The notes beneath the pieces were generated by a model. It did no database searches and was not told the origin of the DNA. It saw only the letters and a program-made list of their open reading frames with translations. Below are positions 50,949-64,000 of a stretch of DNA of 64,000 nt, piece after piece. Within the stretch, counting starts at the first letter, position 1. Every line of letters begins with the position of its first letter. The position numbers were made by a program, and so were the translations under genes. Source of the DNA: Octopus sinensis (Eukaryota); contig NC_043012.1 in assembly GCF_006345805.1 (NCBI RefSeq), positions 12,710,001 to 12,774,000 of the forward strand, given 5' to 3'.

Positions 50949-51045
50949 CAATCTGGTGTAGATAAATCGATTTAAAAGCAGCTACACGTTTCTCAAATTC
51001 AGTTGCATTTTCAACCCCCAAAGCAAATTCCACAATATTATTGTC
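50949..51045 (-). CDS. Candidate 97-nt exon (DNNIVEFALGVENATEFEKRVAAFKSIYLHQI)
   Basis: Acceptor ttgtattaccacacag, open phase 0; donor ATTG|GTTTCA is weak, alternatively a terminal exon reading to the stop at 50926. Confidence 0.28.
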
Positions 51046-51149
51046 CTGTGTGGTAATACAACCCTCCTTTCCGTATACGGTTGTCCGGGACGTTGTGAGC
51101 ATTTTTAACAAGCAATAAGGGATATAAATAATTGACATTTCAGTAAATT

Positions 51150-51760
51150 TTATCCGATGAAATAATTTCCATCGCTATTAATGACCATTGCCCATTTGTC
51201 AAGCAATTTGAATATTCCATCAGCATAAAATTTGACTGGTTTTGTAGAGAAAAAAGTTAACTACATGTATTTCCTTGCAATAAGTTATGTAGAAACATAA
51301 ACAAGTGATAGTCAGATGCTACAACATCAGGAAAATATGGTGGATGGGATAAGAGATCCCAGCCAATTTCATCTAAATTTCTTCAGGTAGCAAAAGCCAC
51401 ATGTGGTCGGCATTTGTCTTGTTGGAAGACTACCCCTTTCCTGTTGGCAATATACGGCCTCAATTCTTTGGTTTTCTGGTTCAGATTGGCCAGCTGATGA
51501 CAGCACACTTCATATTCAATTGTCTGGATTAGTGGGAGAAGCTCATAATAAGAATGCCTTTGTGATCCCACCATACACAAATGATGGCTTTTGTGGCGTG
51601 GATATTGGTCTATCTTCGTCAATAGAAGTATATTGTGCAATATTATTTTGTAGGTTATTAAAATCCAATGTGAATGCATGAACGCATTTAGGAAGCATAA
51701 CGATTAAAATGTCAAAAAGGCGGCCAGAAATCGGGTGGATATTGAAACACTTTATTGAAA
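51150..51760 (-). mobile_element. Mariner fragment (catalytic and 3' part)
   Basis: LNQKTKELRPYIANRKGVVFQQDKCRPHV on minus; C-terminal remnant near 51160-51260. Confidence 0.8.
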
Positions 51761-52789
51761 TAAAAACGTTTCTTCAAAATTAAACAAATACAAAGCATAT
51801 TGATGGTAACTCACGCACACACACACAAATACGAACGCGTATATACATAGAGCTCAACATAAAATTAAACAACCGCATACATACTGTTACAAACACAAAT
51901 ATTTTGCCCAAACACACCCAATCATTCACACACAGACATGGATATATACACTAAAATACAAGGAAGGCTGCCCCAAGCAATTTTGGATGAAGGGGTTTAT
52001 CTTTTGGCCCCCTGTGTTGCTAAAGTGCAGAAAGTATATATATATATATTTTAAAGAGCATTTTTATGTATGTTTTTTCTTTTAATTCAATTTCCACTTC
52101 ATAAAATGTCGCAGTATAGGAAGTCGCTTCTTTGATGCGGGCACCCCTTGGCTGCGATGCTCGATTCAGGGCAATCGGTCCAATTAGTCTAAGGCCGGCC
52201 CTACCTGAGCTAGTTGGTTGGAATTACGTGGTTCGAGTCTCTTCATTGAGCGTTAAATGTAGTCACACGAGCGTTTCTCATTGCTGGTGAAAGATTATTA
52301 TTTCTAACTCTGTGTTGTTTCCTTCTTCTAATTCTTATTTCTGAGGTGCCCTATCTCTATTCGCTGTTATGCTTAGTTACAATAAAAGTAATTAAACATT
52401 TACCTGAGGGTTTTACTCTATAAATTAATAGGGTGCGACTTTATACTTAAGCAATTAAATAAAATTATATTGCAAATTCATTCACACAAATGCATACTTA
52501 TAAAATCCTTATGCATTTGAATGTTTGCATATGTGTGAGTGACTATGTATGTATGCGCGTATGCGTGCGTGTCCGCGCAGCTATATATTCGTGTATGTGA
52601 GTTTCTATGATTGCATTGAATGTGAGACATCCAACTTCAACGAATGCATAAATATATTTAAACGAATGTATAATTCATTAACTGATTTGTGCATCAACAA
52701 AAACGTATTGAATATTAGGTATAAATTGAGTATATGATTCTGTGTACTTGACATATATTTATGTGAGACTCTATGCATGTATACATTTG

Positions 52790-52849
52790 TGTGCATATAC
52801 ATATATATATATATTCATTTACACATATGAAAACATACTTATGTATATG

Positions 52850-52916
<67 letters not shown>

Positions 52917-52919
52917 GTA

Positions 52920-52963
<44 letters not shown>

Positions 52964-52968
52964 GTATT

Positions 52969-53021
<53 letters not shown>

Positions 53022-53140
53022 GTATATACATATATATATATGTATATATAAATGGGTATATAAATATATATGTATATATACATGTATATAAATATATGTA
53101 TATATATATGTGTGTGTGTGAGTGCGTGTGTGTGTGAGTG
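52790..53140. repeat. (TA)n-rich compound microsatellite
   Basis: Directly visible; representative of similar blocks at 16080-16380, 21560-21790, 27600-27840, 56420-56790, 58370-58600 and 61730-62050. Confidence 0.95.
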
Positions 53141-53214
53141 CGTGTGTGTGTATAAAGCAGAAAGAAAATGGACGGAATCCAGAGGTTGTATTCATCAGTC
53201 TTTAGACATTATAT

Positions 53215-53448
53215 TGTATTTACTCTTTTACTCCTTTGATTGTTTCAATCATGTTGACTGCAGCCATGCTGGTGCACCGCCTTCAGTCGAGCAAATCGAC
53301 CCGACGACTTATTCTTCGTAAGACTCGTACATATTCTATCGGTCAGTTTTGCCGAACCGCTAAGGTGCGGGGACGTAAACACACCACCAATGGTTGTTGT
53401 AAGGCGATTTTGGGGGACAAACACAAATACACAAACATATACACACAC

Positions 53449-53509
<61 letters not shown>

Positions 53510-53681
53510 CATATATACGACGGGCTTCTTTCAGTTTCCATCTACCAAATCCACTCACAAGGCTTTGCTTGGTCCGAGGCTATATTAGAAGACACATGCA
53601 CAAGGTGCCACGCAGTGGGAATGAACCTGGAACCATGTGGTTGGTAAACAAGCTACTTAGCACACAGCAATTCTTGCTCCT
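53215..53681 (-). mobile_element. SINE family A, full length
   Basis: Same head, body and tail as 28468-28876. Confidence 0.9.
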
Positions 53682-53753
53682 ATGTCTATTTGTTTATTTT
53701 AAACAGTTCATATAATATATGTGCATATATATATATATATATGTGTGTGTATT

Positions 53754-53791
<38 letters not shown>

Positions 53792-53818
53792 ATATATATA
53801 TATATAATATATATATAT

Positions 53819-53853
<35 letters not shown>

Positions 53854-53938
53854 TAGAAAGCCATTACAGCAAACCCTCCAATCTAAATAACAACATAGTC
53901 GGCGTCACCAAAATTGATAAATAATATGACCAACTCAC

Positions 53939-54039
53939 TGCTGGCCTACACTTGGCTCCATTGATATCCAAGTTACTACTTTTACATAATGTAGTTTCAA
54001 ATACAATTTGCAAGAACATGGTCCACAGGGGAGGAATGT
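53939..54039 (-). CDS. Candidate 101-nt exon (IPPLWTMFLQIVFETTLCKSSNLDINGAKCRPA)
   Basis: Acceptor attattgttacccgtcag, donor GCA|GTGAGT, open in phase 1 to 0. Confidence 0.38.
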
Positions 54040-54701
54040 CTGACGGGTAACAATAATACGATTTTATAAAATCAAATGGAATGAATATTGTGACGTTTAT
54101 ATTATTCACTCGATATTAATGCATTTTCTTATGTTACACATGTGTAGGCTGTCTATATTTTGACTCCAGCCATTCATGTAAAGAATGCGGCTAATACAGC
54201 ATGTTATTTGAAATAGTGAGTGGTTATCGTCGACACAATTATGTATATATCAGAAACTTGACATTATAGTATTAGCAAAATATTGATATTCTTTTGGAGG
54301 TGTTTACTTTGTAGCAAAAGTTTCGTCTCTTTTGATGTCTTGAGTGGTTTGGGATTTATTAAAGATAGGTCAAAACTTTAGTAATATCAACCGTTCGGCT
54401 GAGATTGAGAGATAGAGAGCGAAGTTATAGCAAAGTGAGGAAAACAGTCAAAGATAGAGAACATACGCCACATGGAATGAAAGAGAGAGAGAGAGAGAGA
54501 GAAAATGAGAGAGAGAGACAGAGAAACTGAGACAGGGAGATAGAGAGACAGAGACAGAGAGAAAACAGAAAAACAGAGAGAGAAAGAGTGTGAAGGAGAA
54601 ATGGATGGAAAAAATATACAAATTAATGCTGTCAGAAGTCGTTTGTATTCAAGGATTTGCATAGGTCTAGTGAAAAACATCTAAACTAGGAATGAGCTAA
54701 C

Positions 54702-54792
54702 CCTTGTGGGTTAGTGTTGCGGTAACAGCTGTCGATACATCATTCTCGTGGTCATAATGATGTTCGTGATGATCAGGGACAAAGTCAATTAC
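54702..54792 (-). CDS. Candidate 91-nt exon (VIDFVPDHHEHHYDHENDVSTAVTATLTHK)
   Basis: Acceptor cttctctattttcgatattaaatcctcag, donor AAGG|GTTAGC, only phase 0 open; an antisense frame is also open here. Confidence 0.33.
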
Positions 54793-55149
54793 CTGAGGAT
54801 TTAATATCGAAAATAGAGAAGCTTGAAGGGAATATAGCGTGTAAAACCTCGATGATATTTTCAGTACTTCACATCTCACCGGCAGTACCGTGTGGAGTGT
54901 ATCCATTAGCAATGAATCTAAATTTCGATTTCTAATCTATTTACTTTTATATTCAGCGCTTTCGGAAATGAACAGATATAATCTATGGGGATTCAATGCG
55001 TTATAATACGTGGAAATGGAAGAAACACCTGAATAAAGAACTCAACTGTAAAAACGGAGAAATTGAATGTTGTTATCAGTGTTTTATGAAAACAGAAGTG
55101 TTTATGTGGATGTGAAGATATCTTATAGTTAAACAGTTCTATATTTAAT

Positions 55150-55341
55150 AATGGTTTCAAATTGTGGCGCAAAGCCAGCAATTTCGGGTGAGGTCGAAAG
55201 TTGTTACGTCGACCCTGGTGCTCAACTGGTTCTTAGCTTATCCACCTCATCGGAATTTGAACTCAGAACGAAAGTACAGACGACATACCGTTAAGATTTT
55301 TGCCCGACGACGCCGTAGCAATCCTACCAGCTCGCCGCCTT
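55150..55341 (-). mobile_element. SINE family B
   Basis: Ends ccagctcgccgcctt; contains cggaatttgaactcagaacg. Confidence 0.82.
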
Positions 55342-55393
55342 TCTTCCTATATTTAATATAATGCATTGGAATCTGCAGCAGATTCAACGCATC

Positions 55394-55795
55394 GGCGAGA
55401 GCAGGGTTTTGCGGTAAGTAGCTTGCTTCACAACCGTGTATATCCGGGTTCAGTTCCACTGCGAAGCGTATTGGGCAAGTGCCTTCTAATATAGCTTCGG
55501 GCCGACCAAATCCTTCTCAGTGGATTTCGAAGACGAAAACTGGAAGAAGCCCACCGATTATAAATATGTTTGTGTGTGTGTTGGCTCCTGTTGTGTGTGA
55601 ATGTGTATGTCTGTGTTTGTTTCCCACCACCACCTGACAACTGGTGTTGGTATGTTTACGTCCTCGTAATGTAGCCGTCCAGTAAAAGAGATCGATAAAA
55701 TAAACCATTCTTTAAAAAATAATTTGTTCGACTAAGCGCTTCAAGGCGCTGCTCCAGCTTGCAAGCAATCTAACGATTAAGACAAGGAAAGGATA
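55394..55795 (+). mobile_element. SINE family A, full length, diverged
   Basis: ggtaagtagcttgcttc...gggttcagttccactgcg...ttgggcaagtg...tatagcttcgggccgaccaaa... Confidence 0.87.
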
Positions 55796-56051
55796 ACAGA
55801 TAAAATATAAGATATAATTTGTAAACTCAAACGTAATATATCAGCGCATGTACTACAGAATAGAATAAAAATATCCTGCGAGATGTAGCAGGGGATATGT
55901 ACTAGTATACAGAAACCAAATGTTGCTTAAATTTAGTCCTGCGGATTTGAAAAGAAAGCGTCGTAGTTCTACAAATGCAATATCTTGAAAAACGATTAAT
56001 GATTATTAGAATAAATGTTAATAAACCAAACAGCGAAGTGAATACCTTCAG

Positions 56052-56084
56052 AAAAAATGAATACTATTATAAATTAGTAGAATG
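56052..56084 (+). CDS. Candidate 33-nt symmetric exon (KNEYYYKLVE-W)
   Basis: aataccttcag|...GAATG|gtaagc; strong donor, short polypyrimidine tract; TG|G completes Trp with the next exon. Confidence 0.28.
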
Positions 56085-56225
56085 GTAAGCTAGAATACTA
56101 ATAAACGTACAGCAACATTAATTCAATAGATACCGAATTGGCTGGTGTATTCTTTAAGTCAAAAGGAATACGACTACGTATAATAAGACTAACACCTCAT
56201 AATGGATTCGTATTCTGCCTCGTAG

Positions 56226-56307
56226 GTTCTTCAGATTATATTTGAACATCAATAGAAACGACCCTGAGGATGTTGCACCGATAATTAAAGCCGAGTTGCA
56301 CGCTTAG
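56226..56307 (+). CDS. Candidate terminal exon (FFRLYLNINRNDPEDVAPIIKAELHA*)
   Basis: Acceptor ttcgtattctgcctcgtag, open in phase 2 to TAG at 56305-56307; in-frame alternative acceptor 9 nt downstream. Confidence 0.32.
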
Positions 56308-56427
56308 TAGTTTGTAGCGGTATACTGCTCAAACGTGCATAGATCAGAGAGAAAAAACGATGTAAACAACAGTATGTTAAAATTGGATGTGAAAATCGCC
56401 CTTCTGATCTTCATTAATATCATATAC

Positions 56428-56593
<166 letters not shown>

Positions 56594-56613
56594 ATACATA
56601 TAATATATATATG

Positions 56614-56668
<55 letters not shown>

Positions 56669-56879
56669 TATACACTTATACGATACATAGACACATATAT
56701 ACGCTTATACGATGCATAGACACATACATATACGCAAATACATAGACAGATACATACATATAGATATCCATACATCCATATCTATATACAACAATATGTA
56801 TTTATTAAAGGCGTGGCTCAGTGGTAAGAAGTTTGCCTCCGCACTATATGGATTTAACATCCTACTACTACAATAGCAC

Positions 56880-57000
56880 GCATTCTTCTTCTTCTTTTCT
56901 TCTTCTTCTTCTTTTTCTTCTTCTTCTTTTCTTCTTCTTCTTCTTCTTCTTCTTCTTCTCTTCTTCTTCTTCTCTTCTCTTCTTCTCTTCTTCTTTCCTG
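56880..57000. repeat. (TTC)n tract following a SINE head fragment (56807-56865)
   Basis: Directly visible. Confidence 0.9.
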
Positions 57001-58051
57001 CCAAGAATTCACAACGATCTCGAACCCACAAGAGTAAACGAGACAGAGGCAGGCAGATATAAGGAAATACCCCTTATATTTGAATACTATGCAAATATCA
57101 TTTTAAAAAGTTTTCATTTAATTTTTCCAAAATTTAATTGTATACCATGATTAGAGCTGACAAATTCTGAATGACCGAAACCGGCACTGAAATGTTTTTT
57201 ATAAAATCATTGTAGCATTTTCTATCTTGACTTTTTTCCATATATATATATATATATATATATGCGTCTGTGTATAAATGATGTTTGTGGGCGGGGTAGC
57301 AGGATATATGTTTGAGAATCCCTGTTTTACTGGCTTCCTGGGTACTGAATCCGAGTAACGAGGTGTTATTAACTGATACATAACTACGGATATGACGTAA
57401 GCCAGTTAAGACAACGGTGGAAGTTGAAGAGAACGAATTTATAAGAGAATAAATAGATTTGGTTGCAGAATTAGCAATCCTCGGTACGATGGTTTTGTGT
57501 ATAAGTGTAAGTGTGTCTGTCTGTGGATTGTTCATCGTCGATGTAGAATAGAAAATGATTAATTAATAACATTACGTTAATGTTATTCAGAATGTAAGAA
57601 GATTAGATACGAATTGTTTACGTTAGCATTGTGTTGTGTTTTTCGATGAAAAGAAACGAGAATGTTTTAAAACGATAATGTAATATTTAATTTAAAATAT
57701 ACAAAAAGAAAAGCAAGGAATAAATTACAATTAATTTTCATTGTAGTAAGCTGACGTTGCTGATATGATGTTCAAACATTGAGCAAACCGCAAGAAATTT
57801 TATAAAACCAAAGTGTTTTTCAGTTTCAGCTGTGCTAGACAATGCGATACATATATAGGCCCTTCTTCCACTTTTACAGTTCTCCATAACGATTCCATTA
57901 TAAAGAACAATCAGATTTATGGGCCACTGTAATAAGAGTATAATCTAGTATGTGACAAATAGTTGCAGTTCGGGTCTTAAACTAATTTGGTTTCTACTCT
58001 CATTTTAGCAGGCTCTGTTTCTGTCTCCCTCTCTCTTTTATATAAATATAT

Positions 58052-58366
58052 AATTGCAGCATGGAAGGTGATTATAAGCCATTTAAAAAACAAACACACA
58101 CACAAAACCAAAATCCGTTAGATCCACTTCAAAATTTAATATTACTTTGTGTTAAAATATAGTCGTCGCTTTGGAACCGCGACGTGTTCACTGACAAAAC
58201 TTAGTAAAGCAAGACTAAGTTTTATCTATGAACTGGTCGTAGTTTCGAAGCGACGAAAATATCTTGACAAATTATATTTTAATGTTGCAGTGAATATAAC
58301 GGTGCAATTGCTTTTGTTTCAGCTCGCGATCTCAGGTCAAGTCACTTGCTATGCAATTACATCTCC

Positions 58367-58370
<4 letters not shown>
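58052..58370. mobile_element. Fold-back copy of the family at 13331-13535 (one truncated and one inverted arm)
   Basis: 58052-58200 matches 13390-13520 directly; 58230-58370 is the reverse complement of the same family; ends at a TA run. Confidence 0.8.
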
Positions 58371-58432
<62 letters not shown>

Positions 58433-59740
58433 CATACATATGTGTGCATATGTATGTATATATATGTATTATATATTATATATATATATTATATATATAT
58501 ATACATATATATAATACATATATATACATACATATGTGTGCATATGTATGTATATATATGTATATATATATACATTATATATACATACATATGTGTGCGT
58601 GTGTGGGGGTATCATTTACCCCATCTCTTCTGTGCAATCAGTTGAAACGATGTGTGCAGTATTCAAATATACATTTTTAATCGTTGGCAAGGAAATTAAT
58701 AGGAAGAATATACCAAAATCGATATTATTCAATGACCTAGAATTATGTGGCCTACACCATACATGAGAATTATTCTCATGTATAAGATTAATTATTTTGA
58801 TATATTTTATGCTTAATTATATGCTATATATTAACTCACTTAGTGCTTACTTAGGCGTAACGAAGAAACTATATTTCACGATTAATTCTTGAAAAAACGT
58901 TAAAATTGTGTAACTAAAATACTACACACCTTTGAGCTACAAACTGCATTCGCAGGTTAAAAATTGTAACAGAATTACTGATGGTGACCTGAACTACTGA
59001 CGTAAATTACTGGCAGCGATTTTATACTGTGCATTACAACGTTAAGGCAACGAAGCAATGACGGAATATTTATTAGATTTATTGACCTAGTAGAACAGCT
59101 AAATTTTACTCTACGTATCATTTATTTGACTTAGGAATGGGTCGTCTAATAATGTACTCCATATATATCATTCATTGTCTGAGATGAGGCAGGCACGAAA
59201 AAGCGTTATAAACACAGAGCTTCAGAATCTGAGAAGAGTAACATTAAATAACAAGGCGAAAAGTTTGATCTTTCTGAAGGGCAGATCGTCTTCTTGGAAA
59301 GAGGGATAGAAGGGTGGAAACCTAACAGAATCAATATAAATGGTCAACAGTAATATGCATAAATATTTTATATATACGAATATAAGTGTGTGTTCATGTT
59401 TTTGCAGAATAATTTGTATGAATATATAGATTTGTATAGTTAACAATTAAATACTACATACAGTAATAGTTTCATTCATTAATTATCTTTTATCTTATTT
59501 TCATTATTCCAAACATCTCTTGGTAATTTATCATATTTTTGTCATGCTGTCCGGGTCTTGTTATTCTCTTCTATCCGAATCTATGGAAGCTTATTTCAGC
59601 ACAATTTCTTCTATTTTGTATTTTCCCTTAATCTTCAGATATTCTCCGTTTATCTCCCTACTAACTAATAATTTTATTACTTTAATTAATTTATATATTT
59701 ACCTTGCTTAGCTTTATATTTGTATATGTGTCTGTATACA

Positions 59741-59804
<64 letters not shown>

Positions 59805-60228
59805 CGCATGTATATATATATATGTGTATATATATATATGTGTGTGTGTATATATATTTATATATATGCGTGTGTGTATGTCAGTGTGTGTAGCTATATT
59901 AGATGCATGTGACTATACACTTTTAATTATTATATCACATAGTATATTTCCTGTTTTTATGTTTTCATTTTGTATTAAATATGATATTCTCACTTGTAAT
60001 TAACCAATGAATTTATTTAGATTAAAGTAAATTGGGTTAATTTTTTTGCCGCAAATAATGAACTGAAACACGTGTAGGTCTGGGCTTGTCAATGTTAATC
60101 TTATCTCCATCTTCTCTCTTGTTTGTATGTTAATGATACTATATATGAATTCGCATGCTTTGTTAGACATTCAACCAGTCTAATCTCGGATATTTTTATC
60201 CCTTTAAGATTTATATACTCACTTGTAC

Positions 60229-60280
60229 CTTGATCTATATAATGTCTGTATATATATATACAGACATTATGTAGATCAAG
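60229..60280. repeat. 20-bp inverted repeat centred on (TA)6
   Basis: cttgatctatataatgtctg (TA)6 cagacattatgtagatcaag, one mismatch. Confidence 0.92.
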
Positions 60281-60508
60281 TTATATATACGTATATATAT
60301 ATAAATATATACATATTATATATATATATATTATAATATATATTTATATATATGTATGTATATATATATGTATATATATGTTGTGGGGTGTGTTGCGTGC
60401 GTGTGTGTTTGGATGTATGTAACCATACCAAGGTTAGATCCATTTTTCTCTGGCAATCTAATAATGTAATTATCTATGGTCATTGTTCAGATTTTTAGAA
60501 GCATACAA

Positions 60509-60561
<53 letters not shown>

Positions 60562-61706
60562 TAGATAAACACGCACTTAAACTCACCGAAGGAGACAGAT
60601 GTGAAAAAAACAAACACACATACGTACACACACATACTCACATTCACAATTAGACACTTTCTCGAGCGTAATATTTTGACATATGTTATTTACGAATGTA
60701 CATCATCGGTTTAATTACTGCCTGCAATTCCTGTGAAAAAAAAAAGAAAAAATATACGTAGAAATTTATACACATACATACACACACACACACAGATGTA
60801 TATATATATATATACATAAGCATGCGTGTGAATCTGTAGGCATACATGTATTCGAGTTTATATATATGTGTGTTTGTATGTGTGTATATATGTATACGAA
60901 TATATAATTCGTTTCCAGGCTATGTATTCAAATGAGCGCAAAGACGTTGGAGGACAGAAAGAGACAGCGTAATAGTAATTGAGCAGTAGACATTACGTCG
61001 ACAGGAAGCCATGAGGAGAGTCAAAGAATTAGTTAAAAATGAAACAAAAAAGAATGCAAAAGTGAAGGTCGTAGAGAAAAAAGAAAATAAACGGAAAGAG
61101 AGAAATAGAGGAAGAGAGAAATCAACAGAGAGAGAGAGAGAGAGAGAGAAGGAGAGAAAACTAGAAAGGGAAAAGGAAAGATAGGCAAAATGATACTTCG
61201 TCGATAAGACATACTGCTTGTTGGGAGAATGCCGAATACTGTAACTGTGTAACGACGATCACAATGATTTCATATCCAATATTGAAGTAATAAACTTCAT
61301 AGGAGAAATGTATTTATGTGAAACCTGGCAAAAATCTCCAGTTACTATGATTGATATTTTATCGATAAAATAGAATAAAAAGCTAAAAGTACTGTGATGA
61401 GCAAACTAACACACAAGCATAAAATTCCAGTCGCCAAGAGAGAAGATTTCAAAGTGAGATGAAATAAGAAATGCACCGTCCTATGTTAATCTAGTCTAGA
61501 GCGTATAGCTGCAATTGGAAAATGAAGATTTATTCACTGTAAACCATCTGGTAATAAGCCAGTCGTTCTTTTTATCTTTTAACAATTTTATATCTTCAAC
61601 TTCATCATCCCCTGCCCGTCTCTCCCTCTGCCTCATGATTTTGCCAGACAAACGACATAGAAATATAAGTTTATGAATCTCTCCCTTTCAGTCTCAATAT
61701 CTCTGC

Positions 61707-61797
<91 letters not shown>

Positions 61798-61901
61798 ACC
61801 ATGTATACATGTATGTATGCATTTATCTATCTATCTATACATGTTTAAATACATATTATATTTATATTATATGTATGTATATATATATATATAATATGTA
61901 T

Positions 61902-61956
<55 letters not shown>

Positions 61957-62373
61957 AATATGTATATACATACATGTGAACAGTATACACACATCTCTCG
62001 CTGTGTACACACAGACACACACACACACACACACACTCATATATATACAAATTGAGATAGGGCTTATGGCCATATAGGACATTCGACTCACTAGAAAGAG
62101 CAGCCAAAACTCATACCGCTAAATAGTTGTAATTGTGAAATAGAAAGAGAAATAAAAACTTTTACCTCTTTCATATCTGGACTATGCCTAGTTTCGGCAA
62201 ACTTTGGTAAATAACTTAATTAAATTAAATTCATTTACATCTGGCGTGCCTCGTCAGCAGAGAGCCTAGGACGAGTATATCAACGCGCGGATACACATAT
62301 CAACTATCTATCATCTGCCTGTCTATCTATCTGTCTTTCGATCTATCTATACATACACACACACAAAGATATG

Positions 62374-62444
<71 letters not shown>

Positions 62445-62539
62445 ACAGATAGGTAGGTAGATAGATAGATAGATAGATTGAGTGATTGATAGATAGGTAG
62501 ATGACTGACTATAAAGTAAGCAACATTTTGAAACATGAA

Positions 62540-63115
62540 ATTCATCACAATATCTTTCAGCAATGCCTAAATTATATTCGTCAAAGTAATACCATAACAA
62601 TTAACGCTTTGTTACAAGTTTGTTTATTCTGGTATCATAAAAATCTGGATTTCCGGGGCTGATGAACTCTTGGAATGCACTTTAAACGTCGGTTTGATTT
62701 TGGAACTCCTTCTCGTACAGGGGATCATGAAAGTGCTTGAAAAAGTGGTAGTCGGTAGGAGAAAGGGCGGGGGAATAATCTCTGTGTGGAAAAACGTCGT
62801 AGCCATGTTCCCCCAACTTCTGGAGCGATATTATTGAAACGTGTGTTCGAGCATTATCATGAAGAATGATTAGCCCTCTTCTGTTAACCAGTCTGAGACA
62901 GAACATTAATAGTTTATCGTTGATTTTGGCAATTTCATGGCAATATGTTTCTGCAGTCATGGTTTTCCTGGGTTGTAAGAAGTGATAATGGATGAGTCCA
63001 GCAGTACACCACCAAACAGTCACCATAACCTTCTGTTTGAAGTGCTCGGGTTTAGGGGAGGTTTTCGGAGCTTCAATTTGGTCCATTTTTCGAGATACAT
63101 CAGTGAAAGGCATTT
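62540..63115 (-). mobile_element. Mariner transposase catalytic fragment
   Basis: KQKVMVTVWWCTAGLIHYHFLQPRKTMTAETYCHEI...LIILHDNARTHVS...YSPALSPTDYHFFKH. Confidence 0.92.
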
Positions 63116-63119
63116 TCTC

Positions 63120-64000
63120 TCTACCGTTATTTTCCTCTTAAGGTGGTAAATGAGGAAACTAACTAAGGCTGGAGATGGTTATACCTGTCATGATTACTTT
63201 CACGTGGGTCTTCTATACCAGTTCTTCTACTATAGCGACCAAAGCAGGAAGAAAAGACTCACCTTCTTCGTTAAAAAGGGAGGGGAGACAATCTTTATAA
63301 TCGACTTCTAAGACAATTGTACTCTTCCCAGCCGTGACAGCAGGTGTTGAACGTACACCCACATTTCAGAAATTTTGGAGAACTATACAATCGCGTGCAG
63401 AACGGATTCCATGTCCTGCTCTCATGTTGGCCACATGGGTAAACAAGGGACACCATGAACTGATAAGGATCCTCGGTAAAACTGCCAGGACAGGGATCTT
63501 TGGAAGTTATCCAAGGGTCCTGGCTCGAATGTCCTTCGGAACAAGCCAGCTAGTTCGTCGCATTCAGCCGCTACAAACCCTCTACAGAGAAGCTAGGGGA
63601 CCTCACGACACTCCGCTTTCCAATCATCCAACTTTGGTCTACACTTGATCCAAGGTATAGTTCATTCAAAGTAGTAAGCTCAGGAAGTGACGACCGAACG
63701 AACAGAGAGCACACCTGCTCACCATCCGAGTAGAGCTACAGATACCTCAGCTTCCCCGCATGGCTGCATATCAACATTGAAGGCATCCTAGCCAACAGTT
63801 TAGCGGGTGCTGGCAGCAGACAGCCTTTTACAAGAAGACTTCTACACCTCTACAAAAAGCGGAAGGGCAACCGCTCCAACTTGATTAGCCAGAACAGGGA
63901 CTGACACGACGATTAGGCGGTAGGTAATCGAAGAAGCGATAAAAACACCTGAGACCTCTGCCCTTCTTTTCAGGAATAGCCGCAGCTCAGACCACGTCTG
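63120..64000 (-). mobile_element. Degenerate Tx1/L1-like LINE ORF2 C-terminal region, runs off the window
   Basis: GC-richer block; minus frames give GPLDNFQRSLSWQFYRGSL and a decayed CxxCG...ESVLHAIV zinc-binding segment typical of L1-clade ORF2 C-termini. Confidence 0.65.

Noticed and set aside
54729-54840. Plus-strand open segment LSIHHSRGHNDVRDDQGQSQLPEDLISKIEKLEGNIA
   Set aside because: Overlaps the minus-strand candidate exon, has weaker splice sites and does not fit the plus chain's phase; cannot be fully excluded
57469-57506. Plus-strand 38-nt segment with strong acceptor and GTAAGT donor
   Set aside because: Lies beyond the proposed stop codon with no partner exon; illustrates the false-positive rate of by-eye exon calls

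Overview
Eukaryotic, very AT-rich, microsatellite-saturated genomic DNA. The repeat families (tRNA-headed SINEs with a CORE-like segment, mariners, CR1, Tx1/L1-like and Penelope-like fragments) look like an octopod cephalopod genome (Octopus-like; inference from repeat sequence only). Most entries in the supplied ORF track are translations of (TA)n/(CA)n/(TTC)n microsatellites or of transposon debris. No rRNA, true tRNA gene, CRISPR array or recognisable intact host gene is present. Well supported content: about seven mariner/Tc1 copies (one full length with TIRs and TA target duplication at 37.9-39.2 kb), a 3 kb CR1 LINE, a CR1 3' end, Tx1/L1-like ORF1 and ORF2 fragments, two Penelope-like fragments, more than 20 SINE copies, and several long fold-back elements. 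The most interesting observations are: (i) a canonical type I hammerhead ribozyme and its inverted twin in a Penelope-type inverted-LTR structure at 19.6-20.3 kb, plus a variant minimal hammerhead at 49.3 kb; (ii) a hand-assembled chain of nine very small plus-strand exons (11-82 nt over 44 kb) that splices in frame to a 90-aa death-fold-like peptide; (iii) a separate in-phase chain of four ordinary-sized minus-strand exons at 50.5-54.8 kb. Both gene models are hypotheses built by eye; chance splice-site matches are common in DNA of this composition, so RNA evidence is needed.
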